The notes: a model not told the origin generated them from the sequence alone. DNA of 64,000 bases from an uncultured Planctomycetales bacterium (GCA_964645795.1 CAZYCL010000003.1:17163-81162), one strand, 5' to 3'; positions 35,349 to 45,892 are shown, numbered from the stretch's first letter. Numbers and translations are program-made.

Positions 35349-35540
35349 GTGGCGGTTAACAGTAATAATATGATCAATAACCTGATGACCATAGACGACC
35401 TGGCGCTTTACCTTAAGGTAAAGCGCAGGACGATATATGAATGGCTCAAACACAATAAGATACCTGCGGTAAAGCTTGTAGGCCAGTGGCGTTTTAAAAA
35501 AGATAAGATCGATGCGTGGCTGGAAAATCAGAGTCATTAA
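35349..35540 (+). CDS. Small helix-turn-helix DNA-binding protein (excisionase/MerR-type HTH_17), GTG start
   Basis: ...MTIDDLALYLKVKRRTIYEWLKHNKIPAVKLVGQWRFKKDKIDAWL.... RBS AAAGGAGAG precedes the GTG. Preceded by an AT-rich region with TTGACA at 35304-35309. Confidence 0.6.
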   Translation: MAVNSNNMINNLMTIDDLALYLKVKRRTIYEWLKHNKIPAVKLVGQWRFKKDKIDAWLENQSH

Positions 35541-35639
35541 TTAACACCCGGACCTATCGGCACCTTACCTTAAGGAAAGGTAAGTGTCCTGCCCCCTGGG
35601 GGAATGGTTCGGTATGCGCTTTCTGCGCAAGGAGATTTT

Positions 35640-38600
35640 ATGTACTTCAAGAGACTGGAGCTGGTAGGTTTTAAATCATTCTGCGAAAAGACAAGGCTTG
35701 AATTTGACCGGGGCGTGACTGCGGTAGTCGGCCCGAACGGCTGCGGTAAGTCAAACATATTTGACGCCATAAGGTGGGTCCTGGGAGAACAGTCTGCCAA
35801 GTCCTTGCGCGGCTCAGATATGCAGGACGTCATATTTAACGGCACCGACAGCCGGGAGCCTCTGGGTATGGCTGAAGTAAGCCTGACTTTCGAGAACTCC
35901 AACAGGTTCTTCGGCCTTGACCATGACGAGGTAATGATTACGCGCAGGCTCTTCCGCTCAGGCGAAAGCGAATACCTTATAAATAAGACGCCGGCGCGCC
36001 TGAAGGATATTATGGACCTGTTTTTGGGTACGGGTATCGGAGCGGAAAGCTACTCGATCGTAGCCCAGGGCAAGATTGACCTGGTATTAAGCTCGCGCCC
36101 CGAAGACAGGCGTATGGTTTTCGATGAGGCTTCGGGTATCACCAAATACAAGGCGCAGAAGCGCGAAACCCTGCGCAGGCTTGAAGATACAGAGCAGAAT
36201 CTGCTGCGCGTAAACGATATAGTCACTGAGGTCAAGCGCCAGATCTCCAGCCTTGAGCGGCAGGCAAATAAAGCCAAAAGATACAAGGAGGTATTCGAAG
36301 ATCTGAAGCTCAAAGAGATCGGCGTTGCGGTTTTTGAAAGGGACCAGATACTCGGGCAGAAGCACCAGATAACCCAGGAGCTGACCGTCCTGAAAGAGCG
36401 CGAAACCCAGCTTTTTGACCTGTTGAGGCAGGAGGAAGCCGGTGTTTCCAGCCGCCAGCAGGAGCTAAGGGCCCTGGAGACGATGATGATGGAGGCCAAG
36501 AATCAGATGCTCTCCCTTGAAAATTCACTGATACGCAACGAAGAGCACATCGATTTTAATCAAAAGCGCATTGAGGAGCTGAGTGGCAACTTCTTCTTCC
36601 TGGAAAACCAATCTCAGGCGATGAGGGAAAAACTGGTTGCTGACGAGGAGCAGTTGGGCAAGGTGAGAACTGAATACTCCGGGATAAAGGAGCAGATTGC
36701 ACAGAAGTCAGAGATGCTCCGGGAGAAAGAGGCGCTTTTGGGATGCCTGGCGTCTTCCATAAAGCATTCGCTTGACAAGATAGGAGAATCAAAAAAATCC
36801 ATTCTTGACACAGCCGCCAGGATCTCCGCCGCCAAGAACGAGATCTCCGAGCACGCTTCAAAACAGCAGGTTTTTATGGCCAGACAGAAACGCCTGGAAG
36901 TTGAGAAGGCCAAGGTCTGGGAAGAAAAATCCATCGCTGATGACAGCCTCAACAGCATAACCCGGGAGGTTGACGAGGTCAGGGCCCTGGTTGAAGGCTC
37001 AAGGTCGGGGATCGAAGGCCTTGATCGGGAGCTCAAACTGCGCAACGAAGAGCTGATAGCCCTGAACCTGGATATCGCGGGCCTCGAAAAACAGATACTT
37101 GCCCTGCAGTCGCATAAGGAGTTTCTGGAGAAGCTTAAGACTAAATACGATGACATAGGCGAGTCCATGAACGCCATCATCTATCTTGATAAGCTGCCCA
37201 AGGATAACGCCAGCGGCTTGGTGATAAAGATTAGCGACCACACCGGGCTTAGCGACGAAGATAAGGCATACCTGGGCCCGGCTAACTATAAACTTACAGG
37301 AGAGGCTAAGCCCATAGAGCTGGACACCGGCCGCATATCCGAGAAGATCGACAGTCTCCATGCGGATGCCGAAATGCTCAGGTCGTCCAGGATAGAAAAG
37401 GAAGCCCTTATCGGCGGCCTAAGGGGTAAAATAGCGGAGCTTGAGAAAGAGCTGCGCAGCCAGGAGATCCTCCTGGCCAACAAGGAGACATCGAGGCAGA
37501 CGGTCCTGGAACAGTTCAACAAAATAAAAGAAGAAGAGGATGTTATAGTACTGGAGATCCAGGATGTGCACAGAGAGGTTTCGGTGATCCAGCAGAACAT
37601 GGAGCTGGCTCAAGCAAGGCTTTGCGAATTGAATAAGGAACATATGGACGCCGAGAGCTTTATCGTCCAGGAGGAGCACGCCATCTCCATAAACAGCAAG
37701 CAACGGGAAGAGGCGCTCCTGGAGATCACCAAGGTCAAGGCCGAGATCGACGCCCTTAATAAGCGCCTGGTATCGGATGAGGTCACATTAAGGATACTGG
37801 AGGGCAGTTTTAACCAGGACCGTGAAGCGCTGCTGAACATCGAGAAGCAGATCCAGGATTCTCAGATACAGCAGGCCCGCCTGGATAAAGAGATAAAGGA
37901 GTGTGAGGAGCGTATTATCAGCGACACCCAGGCAATAAACCAAAAACGCCTGGAGCTTGATTCCTGTCAGGATAAATACCGTAATATTTCTGATGAGGCC
38001 TCCAGGGTTATGGCCAAGATTGAGTCTGACAGGCTTGCGCTCGACCAGGCTAAAAGTTCGCTTTATGAGATGGGGATGAAGGAGAAAGAGCTTGATTATA
38101 AGTTCAGCTCCATCAAGGAGCGGATGTTGACAGTTTACAGGTTTGATATCGAAAGCGCCGATCCCGGGCTGCAGCCTTCGGATACCGATTCTATCAGGGC
38201 CGAGATTGAGGCGTTAAAGCAGAAGGTTGATTCGTACGGTTCGGTAAATCTTGTGGCGATAGAAGAGTATGACGAGCTGAAAAAACGCTACGATTTCCTT
38301 CTGCATCAACAGGCGGATTTAAACTCCGCCAAAGAATCGTTGCATCAGGCGATACTCAAGATCAACCGCACCACAAAGGAGATATTCCTGGATACCTTCG
38401 AGAAGGTGAAGGTCGAGTTCAGGAATTACTTCCGTCTGCTCTTCGGCGGGGGAGACGCCCAGATATTCCTGATCGACGAGCAGGATGTGCTTGAGTCGGG
38501 CATTGAGATAATCTGCCGGCCTCCCGGGAAAAAACTGCAGAATGTGCTGCTTTTATCCGGAGGAGAAAAGACGATGTCGGCGATTGCGTTGATCTTCGCG

Positions 38601-38876
38601 ATCTTTAAGGTCAAGCCATCGCCGTTCTGCGTGCTCGATGAGATAGACGCCGCGCTCGATGAGGCGAATGTCGACAGGTTTGCCAAAATACTCCAGGAGT
38701 TCGCCACGGTCTCCCAGTTTATCGTGATCACCCATAACAAAAAGACCATTGCTAATGCGGACGTCATGTACGGCATCACCATGCAACAATCCGGCATATC
38801 CAAGATCGTATCGGTTAAATTGGGTTCTGACCAGAGGCACGCGGAAAAAAGCGAGGCTGAGGCGGTAGCGGTATAG
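35640..38876 (+). CDS. smc: Chromosome partition protein SMC
   Basis: MYFKRLELVGFKSF...GPNGCGKSN... Walker A, long coiled coils, hinge, C-terminal ...LLSGGEKTMSAIALIFAIF... signature and ...VLDEIDAALD... Walker B. Start taken at the ATG at 35640, preceded by AAGGAG. Confidence 0.9.
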   Translation: MYFKRLELVGFKSFCEKTRLEFDRGVTAVVGPNGCGKSNIFDAIRWVLGEQSAKSLRGSDMQDVIFNGTDSREPLGMAEVSLTFENSNRFFGLDHDEVMITRRLFRSGESEYLINKTPARLKDIMDLFLGTGIGAESYSIVAQGKIDLVLSSRPEDRRMVFDEASGITKYKAQKRETLRRLEDTEQNLLRVNDIVTEVKRQISSLERQANKAKRYKEVFEDLKLKEIGVAVFERDQILGQKHQITQELTVLKERETQLFDLLRQEEAGVSSRQQELRALETMMMEAKNQMLSLENSLIRNEEHIDFNQKRIEELSGNFFFLENQSQAMREKLVADEEQLGKVRTEYSGIKEQIAQKSEMLREKEALLGCLASSIKHSLDKIGESKKSILDTAARISAAKNEISEHASKQQVFMARQKRLEVEKAKVWEEKSIADDSLNSITREVDEVRALVEGSRSGIEGLDRELKLRNEELIALNLDIAGLEKQILALQSHKEFLEKLKTKYDDIGESMNAIIYLDKLPKDNASGLVIKISDHTGLSDEDKAYLGPANYKLTGEAKPIELDTGRISEKIDSLHADAEMLRSSRIEKEALIGGLRGKIAELEKELRSQEILLANKETSRQTVLEQFNKIKEEEDVIVLEIQDVHREVSVIQQNMELAQARLCELNKEHMDAESFIVQEEHAISINSKQREEALLEITKVKAEIDALNKRLVSDEVTLRILEGSFNQDREALLNIEKQIQDSQIQQARLDKEIKECEERIISDTQAINQKRLELDSCQDKYRNISDEASRVMAKIESDRLALDQAKSSLYEMGMKEKELDYKFSSIKERMLTVYRFDIESADPGLQPSDTDSIRAEIEALKQKVDSYGSVNLVAIEEYDELKKRYDFLLHQQADLNSAKESLHQAILKINRTTKEIFLDTFEKVKVEFRNYFRLLFGGGDAQIFLIDEQDVLESGIEIICRPPGKKLQNVLLLSGGEKTMSAIALIFAIFKVKPSPFCVLDEIDAALDEANVDRFAKILQEFATVSQFIVITHNKKTIANADVMYGITMQQSGISKIVSVKLGSDQRHAEKSEAEAVAV

Positions 38877-38879
38877 GTT

Positions 38880-40079
38880 CTAGCAGCAGGTAGAGTTTTT
38901 GCCCTGATGTTTTGCCTGGTAGAGGGCTTTATCGGAAGAGGCGATGAGGTCGGAGGGGGTGTTGCCGTCGGCCGGCAATGTTGCCAGGCCTATGCTGACG
39001 GTCAATCTTTTGCCGGGCATGATCTCCTCGCGGATAAAACCGTGCTTCTCGATATCCATCCTTATTCTTTCAGCGATTAAATACGCTTCTTTCTTATCGG
39101 TCTGCGGTAGGAGCAGGGCAAACTCTTCGCCTCCGTAGCGGCAGACAAAATCCATCTTTCGGGACTGATTGCGCAGTATCCTGCCCAGGTCCTTAAGTAT
39201 GCGGTCACCTGCCTGATGGCCCAGGGTGTCATTGTAGACCTTGAAATCGTCGATATCCATGATAATCAGGCTTAAGTATGAAGCGGTGGCTTTAGCCCTT
39301 TCGATTTCCTGCAAGAGGACGGTCTGGAAGTAACCGTGGTTCCAGAGTCCGGTCAGGGTGTCGGAGTGAGAGCGGATCACCGTCTTTTCGAAAAGCTGGG
39401 AGTTCTCTATGGCCAGCCCTGCCTGGTTAGCCAACATGCTCAACATCCGTATATTGTCCTTGGTGATCGGCGTGCCGGTGATGAGGTTGTCAGCCAGTAT
39501 CAGGCCGTTAACCTTCTCCTTGGATTTCAGGGGCACGATTATAAGCTCCTTTGATTTTAGCAGTTGGATGACCGGGTCACCCTTGTATTTTTCGATATTT
39601 TCTTGATTAAGATGCAGCGGCATGCCGTCTGTGAATGCCATGGACAAGAGGCTGGAGTGGTCGTTAACAGGGAATTTGAGGCTGCCTACCTGCCGGTTGA
39701 ACCCCGATTCCAATACTGAATTAGAGAATTTAAAGGCGCTGATCAGGTCCTCGAGGTTCATCTTCTCCTGTTCGATCTGCGTCCAGATCTTATTGGCTTC
39801 CTCTCCCGATTCCGGACCGATCCCCATCTTGCCTTCGATAAGGCCGGCGTTTTCGTTCAAGAGAAAGAGCAGCGCCCGGTTAAAGCTCAAGCCTATATGA
39901 GCGGTGACGCCGGTAAGGATTATATAGGAGATCTCATCGAGCTTCAAGGTCGTACGCATGGCATTGGATATCTCATAGAGTATGCCGAGCTCGTTTTTGG
40001 TCCTATCAAGCTCAGATCTGAGCTTGCCTATGTCTTCTTTAAGTTTTGCTATCTCATCCATAAGCATAACCTTTTCCAT
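38880..40079 (-). CDS. GAF-domain diguanylate cyclase (GGDEF, active GGEEF motif)
   Basis: Minus strand. ...RYGGEEFALLLPQT... GGDEF core with ...IIMDIDDFKVYNDTLGHQAGDRIL.... N-terminal GAF-like domain and a leading coiled coil. Its stop lies 3 nt from the smc stop (convergent). Confidence 0.85.
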   Translation of the reverse strand: MEKVMLMDEIAKLKEDIGKLRSELDRTKNELGILYEISNAMRTTLKLDEISYIILTGVTAHIGLSFNRALLFLLNENAGLIEGKMGIGPESGEEANKIWTQIEQEKMNLEDLISAFKFSNSVLESGFNRQVGSLKFPVNDHSSLLSMAFTDGMPLHLNQENIEKYKGDPVIQLLKSKELIIVPLKSKEKVNGLILADNLITGTPITKDNIRMLSMLANQAGLAIENSQLFEKTVIRSHSDTLTGLWNHGYFQTVLLQEIERAKATASYLSLIIMDIDDFKVYNDTLGHQAGDRILKDLGRILRNQSRKMDFVCRYGGEEFALLLPQTDKKEAYLIAERIRMDIEKHGFIREEIMPGKRLTVSIGLATLPADGNTPSDLIASSDKALYQAKHQGKNSTCC

Positions 40080-40229
40080 ACAGGTTAGAATTTACCATAT
40101 TTTTAGCCTTCTGTCAATCCGCAAGAGTGTGCTGCCGGGGCAAGGTATGTTTGCCGGTTAGATAAAGGCCTGTTTTTCGTCAATTATTGTGTAAAGAGGG
40201 GGGAGGTGAGGCTATGGGGATTAATTTGT

Positions 40230-40258
40230 TTGACAGTTAAGTTAGGCTAAGCTATAAT
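40230..40258 (+). promoter_or_regulatory. Consensus sigma70 promoter for recA (TTGACA, 17-nt spacer, TATAAT)
   Basis: TTGACA at 40230-40235 and TATAAT at 40253-40258. A palindrome TTAAATTAT...ATAATTTAA at 40265-40286 follows in the leader. Confidence 0.65.
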
Positions 40259-40302
40259 ATCGTTTTAAATTATATAAATAATTTAAGTGAATGGAGGTTC
40301 AG

Positions 40303-41334
40303 ATGGCTCAGGAGAAGAAGGTTTTACCTAAAGAAGAGGTAAATATCGGCACGGAGCGCAAAAAAGCGCTGGAGCTGGCTTTAAGCCAGATAGAGAAACA
40401 ATTCGGGAAAGGTTCGATCATGAAGCTGGGAGGGGAAAGCAAGGTCCATGTGGAGACCATCCCGACCGGCGCGCTCACCCTGGATGTAGCGCTGGGGGTA
40501 GGAGGGTTACCGCGGGGCCGGGTGATCGAGGTATTCGGCCCTGAAGCCTCGGGAAAGACGACCATCACTCTTACCGCCATACGCGAGATACAGAAGAAGG
40601 GCGGGGTAGCAGCTTTTATCGATGCAGAGCACGCTTTTGACTCAAATTACGCCAAGCTTATCGGTTTAAACCTCGATGAGCTGCTGATCTCTCAGCCTGA
40701 CACCGGAGAGCAGGCCCTGGAGATCGCCGAGACCCTGGTTCGTTCAAATGCCGTCGACCTTGTAGTCATTGATTCCGTGGCTGCGCTTACTCCGCGGGCA
40801 GAGATAGAGGGGGAAATGGGCGATTCCCACGTGGGGCTTCAGGCGCGTCTTATGTCGCAAGCCCTTAGGAAGCTTACCGCCGCTATAAGCAAATCACGGA
40901 CCTGCGTGATTTTCATAAACCAGATTAGAGAGAAGATCGGCGTGATGTTCGGTAACCCGGAAACCACGCCCGGAGGAAGGGCCTTAAAGTTTTATTCTTC
41001 GGTGAGGCTTGATGTCAGAAGGATCGCTACCTTAAAGAGCGCAGATGCCGTTATCGGCGGCAGAGTAAGGGTGCGGGTGGTCAAGAACAAGGTGGCTCCG
41101 CCGTTCAAAGAGGGCGAGTTTGAGATCCTGCACAATGAAGGCATATCCAAGGCAGGTTCGGTATGCGATGCCGCAGTGAACCTGGAGGTGGTGGAGAAAT
41201 CCGGCACCTGGTTGTCTTTCAGGGGAGAGAAGATCGGCCAGGGCAGGGATGCGGCGATAAAGACCCTGAAAGAAAAGCCCAAGCTTTTAGAAGACATGGA
41301 AAAAGAAGTGCGCAAGAAAATAACCCTGGCATAG
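40303..41334 (+). CDS. recA: Recombinase RecA
   Basis: ...[19 protein letters not shown]... Walker A; ...[38 protein letters not shown].... Start at the ATG at 40303 after GGAGG. Confidence 0.95.
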   Translation: MAQEKKVLPKEEVNIGTERKKALELALSQIEKQFGKGSIMKLGGESKVHVETIPTGALTLDVALGVGGLPRGRVIEVFGPEASGKTTITLTAIREIQKKGGVAAFIDAEHAFDSNYAKLIGLNLDELLISQPDTGEQALEIAETLVRSNAVDLVVIDSVAALTPRAEIEGEMGDSHVGLQARLMSQALRKLTAAISKSRTCVIFINQIREKIGVMFGNPETTPGGRALKFYSSVRLDVRRIATLKSADAVIGGRVRVRVVKNKVAPPFKEGEFEILHNEGISKAGSVCDAAVNLEVVEKSGTWLSFRGEKIGQGRDAAIKTLKEKPKLLEDMEKEVRKKITLA

Positions 41335-41350
41335 TTTAAAGGAGGCAGAT

Positions 41351-42814
41351 ATGCGTAAAAAACTTTTTATCGGCCTGCTGTTGATAGGTATCGGAGTTTG
41401 CGTCGGGGCGGTTATTACCTCTAGGCTCGATATCGTTCCCGCCGTGTGCAGCCAGACCGCAGCCACTTTGGAGCAGGCATTCTCCTTGGATGGCGCGGTA
41501 ATCAATGTAGCCAACACCACCGGTAAGGCGGTTGTTTCCATAAGCACGGAGCGTACCACCAAGCTTAAAGGTATGCAGAAGCGGTTTTACTTCGGCCGGC
41601 CATTCGGTTCGCCTTTCCAGGAGGAGGAGCCATTCCGGGACTTCTTCGAGGATTTCTTCGGTGAAATGCCGGACAGAGAGTTCAAGCAGGTAGGCCTCGG
41701 TTCCGGCGTGATAATCGACGCCAGGGGCTACATTCTAACTAACGAGCATGTAATTGATGAGGCGGATAAAATCACCGTGACCCTGTCTGACGGCAGGGAG
41801 TTTAAAGGCGAAGTAAAAGGCAAGGATTCCCGTTCAGACCTGGCGGTGATCCATATAAAGGCGGATAATCTGCCAGTGGCCAGGCTCGGGGATTCAGAAG
41901 CCCTGCGCATCGGCCAATGGGTAGTGGCTATAGGCAATCCTTTTGGTTTTGCTATGGATAATCCCGAGCCCACAGTAACCGTCGGCGTCATCAGCGCGCT
42001 GCACAGGAGCCTGGGCAGGATGCTTTCGCGGCAAAAAGATTTCAGCGACCTCATCCAGACAGACGCGGCCATAAATCCGGGCAACTCCGGCGGGCCCCTG
42101 GTCAACCTTAAGGGCGAAGTGGTCGGGGTCAATGTTGCGATATTTTCCACCTCCGGAGGTTATCAGGGCGTGGGTTTTGCCATCCCTATTAATAACGCCA
42201 AGAGGATAATCTCGCGTTTGATCGAAGGCAAGAAAATAAGTTATGGGTGGCTGGGGGTCACCGTCCAGGACCTCGATCAGGAGCTGGTTAAACACTTCGG
42301 GCTTTCGGCAAAAGAAGGGGTATTGGTAGCCAAGGTGATTGACGGCGGGCCGGCGCATAAGGCGGGAGTCAGGGAAGGCGATATCATCCGCCAGTTCAAC
42401 CAGACGCCTATTAATAGCGTAAGGGAACTTTTGGCCGCAGTTGGGCATGCGGATGTCGGCAAAAAAGCGAAACTTTCGGTTTACAGGGAAAAGAAAATGC
42501 TTTCGCTGGAAGCGCTGATCGGAGAGCGGCCTCAGGCGCCGGAGGCGCTTGAAGGAGCTTCTGTTTTAGATGCCGCAGGAAACGATGAATGGAGAGGGCT
42601 GAGAGTTGCCGAGAGAAAAGGCGTGGTAATAACCGGCATATCAGACGGCAGCCCCGCCGATGATTCAGGGCTTGTTGCGGGCGACACAATCATCAGCATC
42701 AACCGTAAACCCGTGCGCACCATCGAAGATTACCGTAATATAACCGGGGCCGTCAAGGGGAGCGCCCTGGTAAAGACCAACCGCGGTTTCTTTGTAGTAA
42801 AAGGTGAAGAATAA
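41351..42814 (+). CDS. htrA: Periplasmic serine endoprotease DegP/HtrA (trypsin domain plus two PDZ domains)
   Basis: Signal/TM start. ...GSGVIIDARGYILTNEHV... (His), ...DSRSDLAVIHIK... (Asp), ...GNSGGPLVN... (Ser). Two PDZ-like segments. Confidence 0.9.
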   Translation: MRKKLFIGLLLIGIGVCVGAVITSRLDIVPAVCSQTAATLEQAFSLDGAVINVANTTGKAVVSISTERTTKLKGMQKRFYFGRPFGSPFQEEEPFRDFFEDFFGEMPDREFKQVGLGSGVIIDARGYILTNEHVIDEADKITVTLSDGREFKGEVKGKDSRSDLAVIHIKADNLPVARLGDSEALRIGQWVVAIGNPFGFAMDNPEPTVTVGVISALHRSLGRMLSRQKDFSDLIQTDAAINPGNSGGPLVNLKGEVVGVNVAIFSTSGGYQGVGFAIPINNAKRIISRLIEGKKISYGWLGVTVQDLDQELVKHFGLSAKEGVLVAKVIDGGPAHKAGVREGDIIRQFNQTPINSVRELLAAVGHADVGKKAKLSVYREKKMLSLEALIGERPQAPEALEGASVLDAAGNDEWRGLRVAERKGVVITGISDGSPADDSGLVAGDTIISINRKPVRTIEDYRNITGAVKGSALVKTNRGFFVVKGEE

Positions 42815-43268
42815 ATCCGATTCCTTGAGCCGCTGCCTGCGCCAGGCATTCCTGTTGCTGAAGTTCAGGCAGCGCAGCACCAGCGAGCTTAGGTCGCGCC
42901 TAAGGTCAAAGGGGTTCTCCGAAGATCTCGTAAGGGATGCGCTTGTTTTTCTTAAGCAAAAGAAATTCATCGACGATAAGCTATTCGCCCGTGACTGGAT
43001 AAGCTCCAGGGCCGCCAAGTCTTACGGCAGCCGCAGGATAATCCGGGAGCTGCGCATAAAAGGCGTAGATGAAGATGTGATCGAGGCCCAGATAGAGCGT
43101 TCGGGGCTACTGGGAAGCGAAGATGAGATTGCCGCGCGCCTGGCAAGGTCGAGGCTGGAGCGGCTTAAGGGTGTAGATTTAGCCAGCGCCAGGCGCAGGG
43201 TTTACTCGTTCTTGATCAGGAGAGGATTTTCGCACGAAGCAGCAAGCAACGCATTAGGCCAACAATGA
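42804..43268 (+). CDS. recX: RecA regulator RecX
   Basis: 154 aa of repeated three-helix motifs (...SELRSRLRSKGFSEDLVRDALVFLKQKKFIDDKLFARDWI...). Positioned after recA-htrA and overlaps htrA by 11 nt. Confidence 0.75.
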   Translation: MKNKSDSLSRCLRQAFLLLKFRQRSTSELRSRLRSKGFSEDLVRDALVFLKQKKFIDDKLFARDWISSRAAKSYGSRRIIRELRIKGVDEDVIEAQIERSGLLGSEDEIAARLARSRLERLKGVDLASARRRVYSFLIRRGFSHEAASNALGQQ

Positions 43269-45892
43269 CAGCAGATATGCTCCGGGACAAGTTCCTGCGG
43301 TTTTTCAAAACCAAAAAACACAAGATAGTCGAGAGCGATTCCCTTGTGCCCGCGGATGACCCTACTGTATTATTCACTCCTGCCGGCATGAATCAGTTCA
43401 AAAAAGAGTTCATGGGTTATGATTCTGGGTTCAAGCGGGCGGTTACCTCTCAGCGCTGCCTGCGTACGGATGACCTGGATAAGGTCGGCAAGACCAGCGT
43501 GCATCATACGTTCTTTGAGATGCTGGGCAACTTTTCCTTCGGTGACTATTTCAAGAAAGAGGCCATTGCCTGGGCCTGGGAGTTTTTAACCGCAGAATTA
43601 AAGATTTCGCCAGATAAACTCTGGGTATCGGTTTACAGGGACGATGATGAAGCCTTTGGGATATGGAAGAACGACATAAAAATCCCTGAGTCCAAGATCC
43701 TAAAGCTCGGCGATAAGGATAATTTCTGGCCTTCTGAGGCAAAGGCTAAGGGCCCCAACGGGCCCTGCGGCCCCTGTTCGGAGATATTCTTTGATTTTGG
43801 AAAGCTCACCGGATGCGATAATCCCAAATGCGATCCTGCCTGCAGCTGCGGTAGGTTCGCCGAAATATGGAACCTGGTCTTTACGCAGTTTGACCGCAAG
43901 GAAGGCGGGATACTCCAGCCTCTGCCCCAGAAGAACATTGACACCGGGATGGGGCTGGAGAGGCTTACGGCGGTCATGGAGAACGTCACCAATAATTTTC
44001 AGACTTCGCTGTTTAAGCCGATCGTAAAAGAGATCCTGTCGAAGGCAAAAGAAGGCGCAAGCAATCAGGATGTTTATGCCGTAGTCGACCATATCCGCGC
44101 TGTTACTTTTTGTATTTATGACGGCGTCGTCCCTTCCAACGAAGCCAGGGGTTATGTAGTAAGGAAGCTCATCCGTAAAAGCGCGCTGCATTTGAGGAAT
44201 ATTGGTTTTAAGAAGCCCTTTCTACATACCCTGATACCCTGCGTGGCCGAGAGTATGCAAAGCTGCTATCCGCAGCTGGCCCGGGGCAAAGAGAATATCG
44301 CCCAGCTCGTCCTGGCAGAGGAAAAGGCGTTTATCGCTACCCTTGATTCGAGCGAAAAGCTTTTTAAGGAAAAATTCTTTGAGCTTGCGGATAAAGCGGA
44401 CCCGGACAAAGCGGGCCTGATCTCCTTTGAGCTGCACGATACTTACGGTATTCCCTTTGAGCTTACTAAGGCATGGCTGGAGAAGCACGGCCTTGGCGTA
44501 TCTGAGAAGGCATTTTACGCAGCGCTGGAGGAGCAGAGGGCCAGGTCAAAACAGCTAAGCGCGATGAAGGGCGATGTCTTTGATATCAAGGAGCTTGCTT
44601 TGAATGTTAAGCAGACAAAATTCCTGGGATATAAAGCGTATGTTTGCCGCGCCAAGATTATCAAGATCATCTGCTCCAAGAACGAGCTTAAGAGAGCCGG
44701 GGAATCCGGACAGCTTATCGAGATGATACTCGACCAGACCCCTTTTTACGGTGAATCCGGCGGACAGGTCGGCGATACGGGGCAGATCACCAGGGGCAGG
44801 AATATTTTCAAGGTGATCGATACCAAAAAGTTCGGCAAGGTCATAGTCCATATCGGCAGAATAGAGAAGGGCTCCTTTAAGGCCGGGGAGCCGGTCAAGG
44901 CGTCGATCGATATCGAGCGGCGCCTTTCTATCGGCCGCAACCATACGGCAACGCACCTTTTGCAGGCGGCATTGCGGCGTATCCTCGGCCAGCACGTACA
45001 GCAGCAGGGTTCGCTGGTAGAAGAAAGCAGGTTCCGTTTTGATTTTAAGCATTTTAAAGGGGTAAGTAAAGACGAGCTGAACAGGATCGAAAGCCTGGTC
45101 AACTCCTTTATCATTGCCAACCATCCGGTAAAGACGCAGGAGGTGACCCTGAAAGCGGCAAAAAAGAGCGGCGCCCTGGCGTTCTTCGGGGAAAAATACG
45201 AAGGCAGGGTGCGCGTGGTTTCCGTGCAGGGGGTATCAAAAGAATTTTGCGGCGGCACGCATCTTTCTTCAACCGGACAGATCGGGCTGTTCAAGCTCCT
45301 GCAGGAGGGGTCTGTAGCCAGCGGAATAAGAAGGATCGAAGCTACCACCGGCTCTTTTGCCTATAGCAGAATGAAGGAAGAGGAAGCGGTGCTGGATGAG
45401 ATGATCTGCGAATTAGGAGTGCCGTTTGATAGGGCGGTTGTGGAGCTTGAGAAAAGGACGCAACGCATAAAAGAGCTGGAGAAAGAGCTGCATAGCCAGA
45501 AGCTGGACGGCATTAAGACCGCTGTCGGGGGGCTGACCGAGAACTGCGAAGGAATAGGCGGCATTAAATTCGTAACTAAACACTATCCGAACATGGAGAT
45601 GGGTCTCCTGAGGAGCGCGGCTGACCAGGTTAAAAATAGTGCAGCCGCTAATACCGTGGCCCTGCTTACTTGCGAAATAGACGGAAAGGTTTCCATGGTC
45701 GCGTCTGTTACGCCGGACCTCTGCGATAAGGGCGTTGATGCGGCAAATTTGATCAAAGCTATTGCCCCGGAGATTGGCGGTTCGGGCGGAGGCAGGAAGG
45801 ATTTTGCCCAGGCAGGGGGCAATAAGCCCGAGAACTTGAAAAAAGCCGTGGATAAATTAAGGAGTATTTTAAGCCAGTTGGAACAGAGATGA
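43265..45892 (+). CDS. alaS: Alanine--tRNA ligase
   Basis: ...FFKTKKHKIVESDSLVPADDPTVLFTPAGMNQFK..., editing-domain ...HTATHLLQAAL..., C-terminal DHHA1-like region. Confidence 0.95.
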   Translation: MTADMLRDKFLRFFKTKKHKIVESDSLVPADDPTVLFTPAGMNQFKKEFMGYDSGFKRAVTSQRCLRTDDLDKVGKTSVHHTFFEMLGNFSFGDYFKKEAIAWAWEFLTAELKISPDKLWVSVYRDDDEAFGIWKNDIKIPESKILKLGDKDNFWPSEAKAKGPNGPCGPCSEIFFDFGKLTGCDNPKCDPACSCGRFAEIWNLVFTQFDRKEGGILQPLPQKNIDTGMGLERLTAVMENVTNNFQTSLFKPIVKEILSKAKEGASNQDVYAVVDHIRAVTFCIYDGVVPSNEARGYVVRKLIRKSALHLRNIGFKKPFLHTLIPCVAESMQSCYPQLARGKENIAQLVLAEEKAFIATLDSSEKLFKEKFFELADKADPDKAGLISFELHDTYGIPFELTKAWLEKHGLGVSEKAFYAALEEQRARSKQLSAMKGDVFDIKELALNVKQTKFLGYKAYVCRAKIIKIICSKNELKRAGESGQLIEMILDQTPFYGESGGQVGDTGQITRGRNIFKVIDTKKFGKVIVHIGRIEKGSFKAGEPVKASIDIERRLSIGRNHTATHLLQAALRRILGQHVQQQGSLVEESRFRFDFKHFKGVSKDELNRIESLVNSFIIANHPVKTQEVTLKAAKKSGALAFFGEKYEGRVRVVSVQGVSKEFCGGTHLSSTGQIGLFKLLQEGSVASGIRRIEATTGSFAYSRMKEEEAVLDEMICELGVPFDRAVVELEKRTQRIKELEKELHSQKLDGIKTAVGGLTENCEGIGGIKFVTKHYPNMEMGLLRSAADQVKNSAAANTVALLTCEIDGKVSMVASVTPDLCDKGVDAANLIKAIAPEIGGSGGGRKDFAQAGGNKPENLKKAVDKLRSILSQLEQR

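Noticed and set aside
35565-35590. Hairpin CTTACCTT-aagga-AAGGTAAG downstream of the small HTH gene
   Set aside because: It is followed by a GC-rich run rather than a U-tract, so it is not a convincing intrinsic terminator. It may be incidental.
38874-38882. Convergent smc and GGDEF genes separated by 3 nt, with no terminator for either
   Set aside because: Noted as an oddity (possible transcriptional interference), but there is nothing further to support a functional claim.
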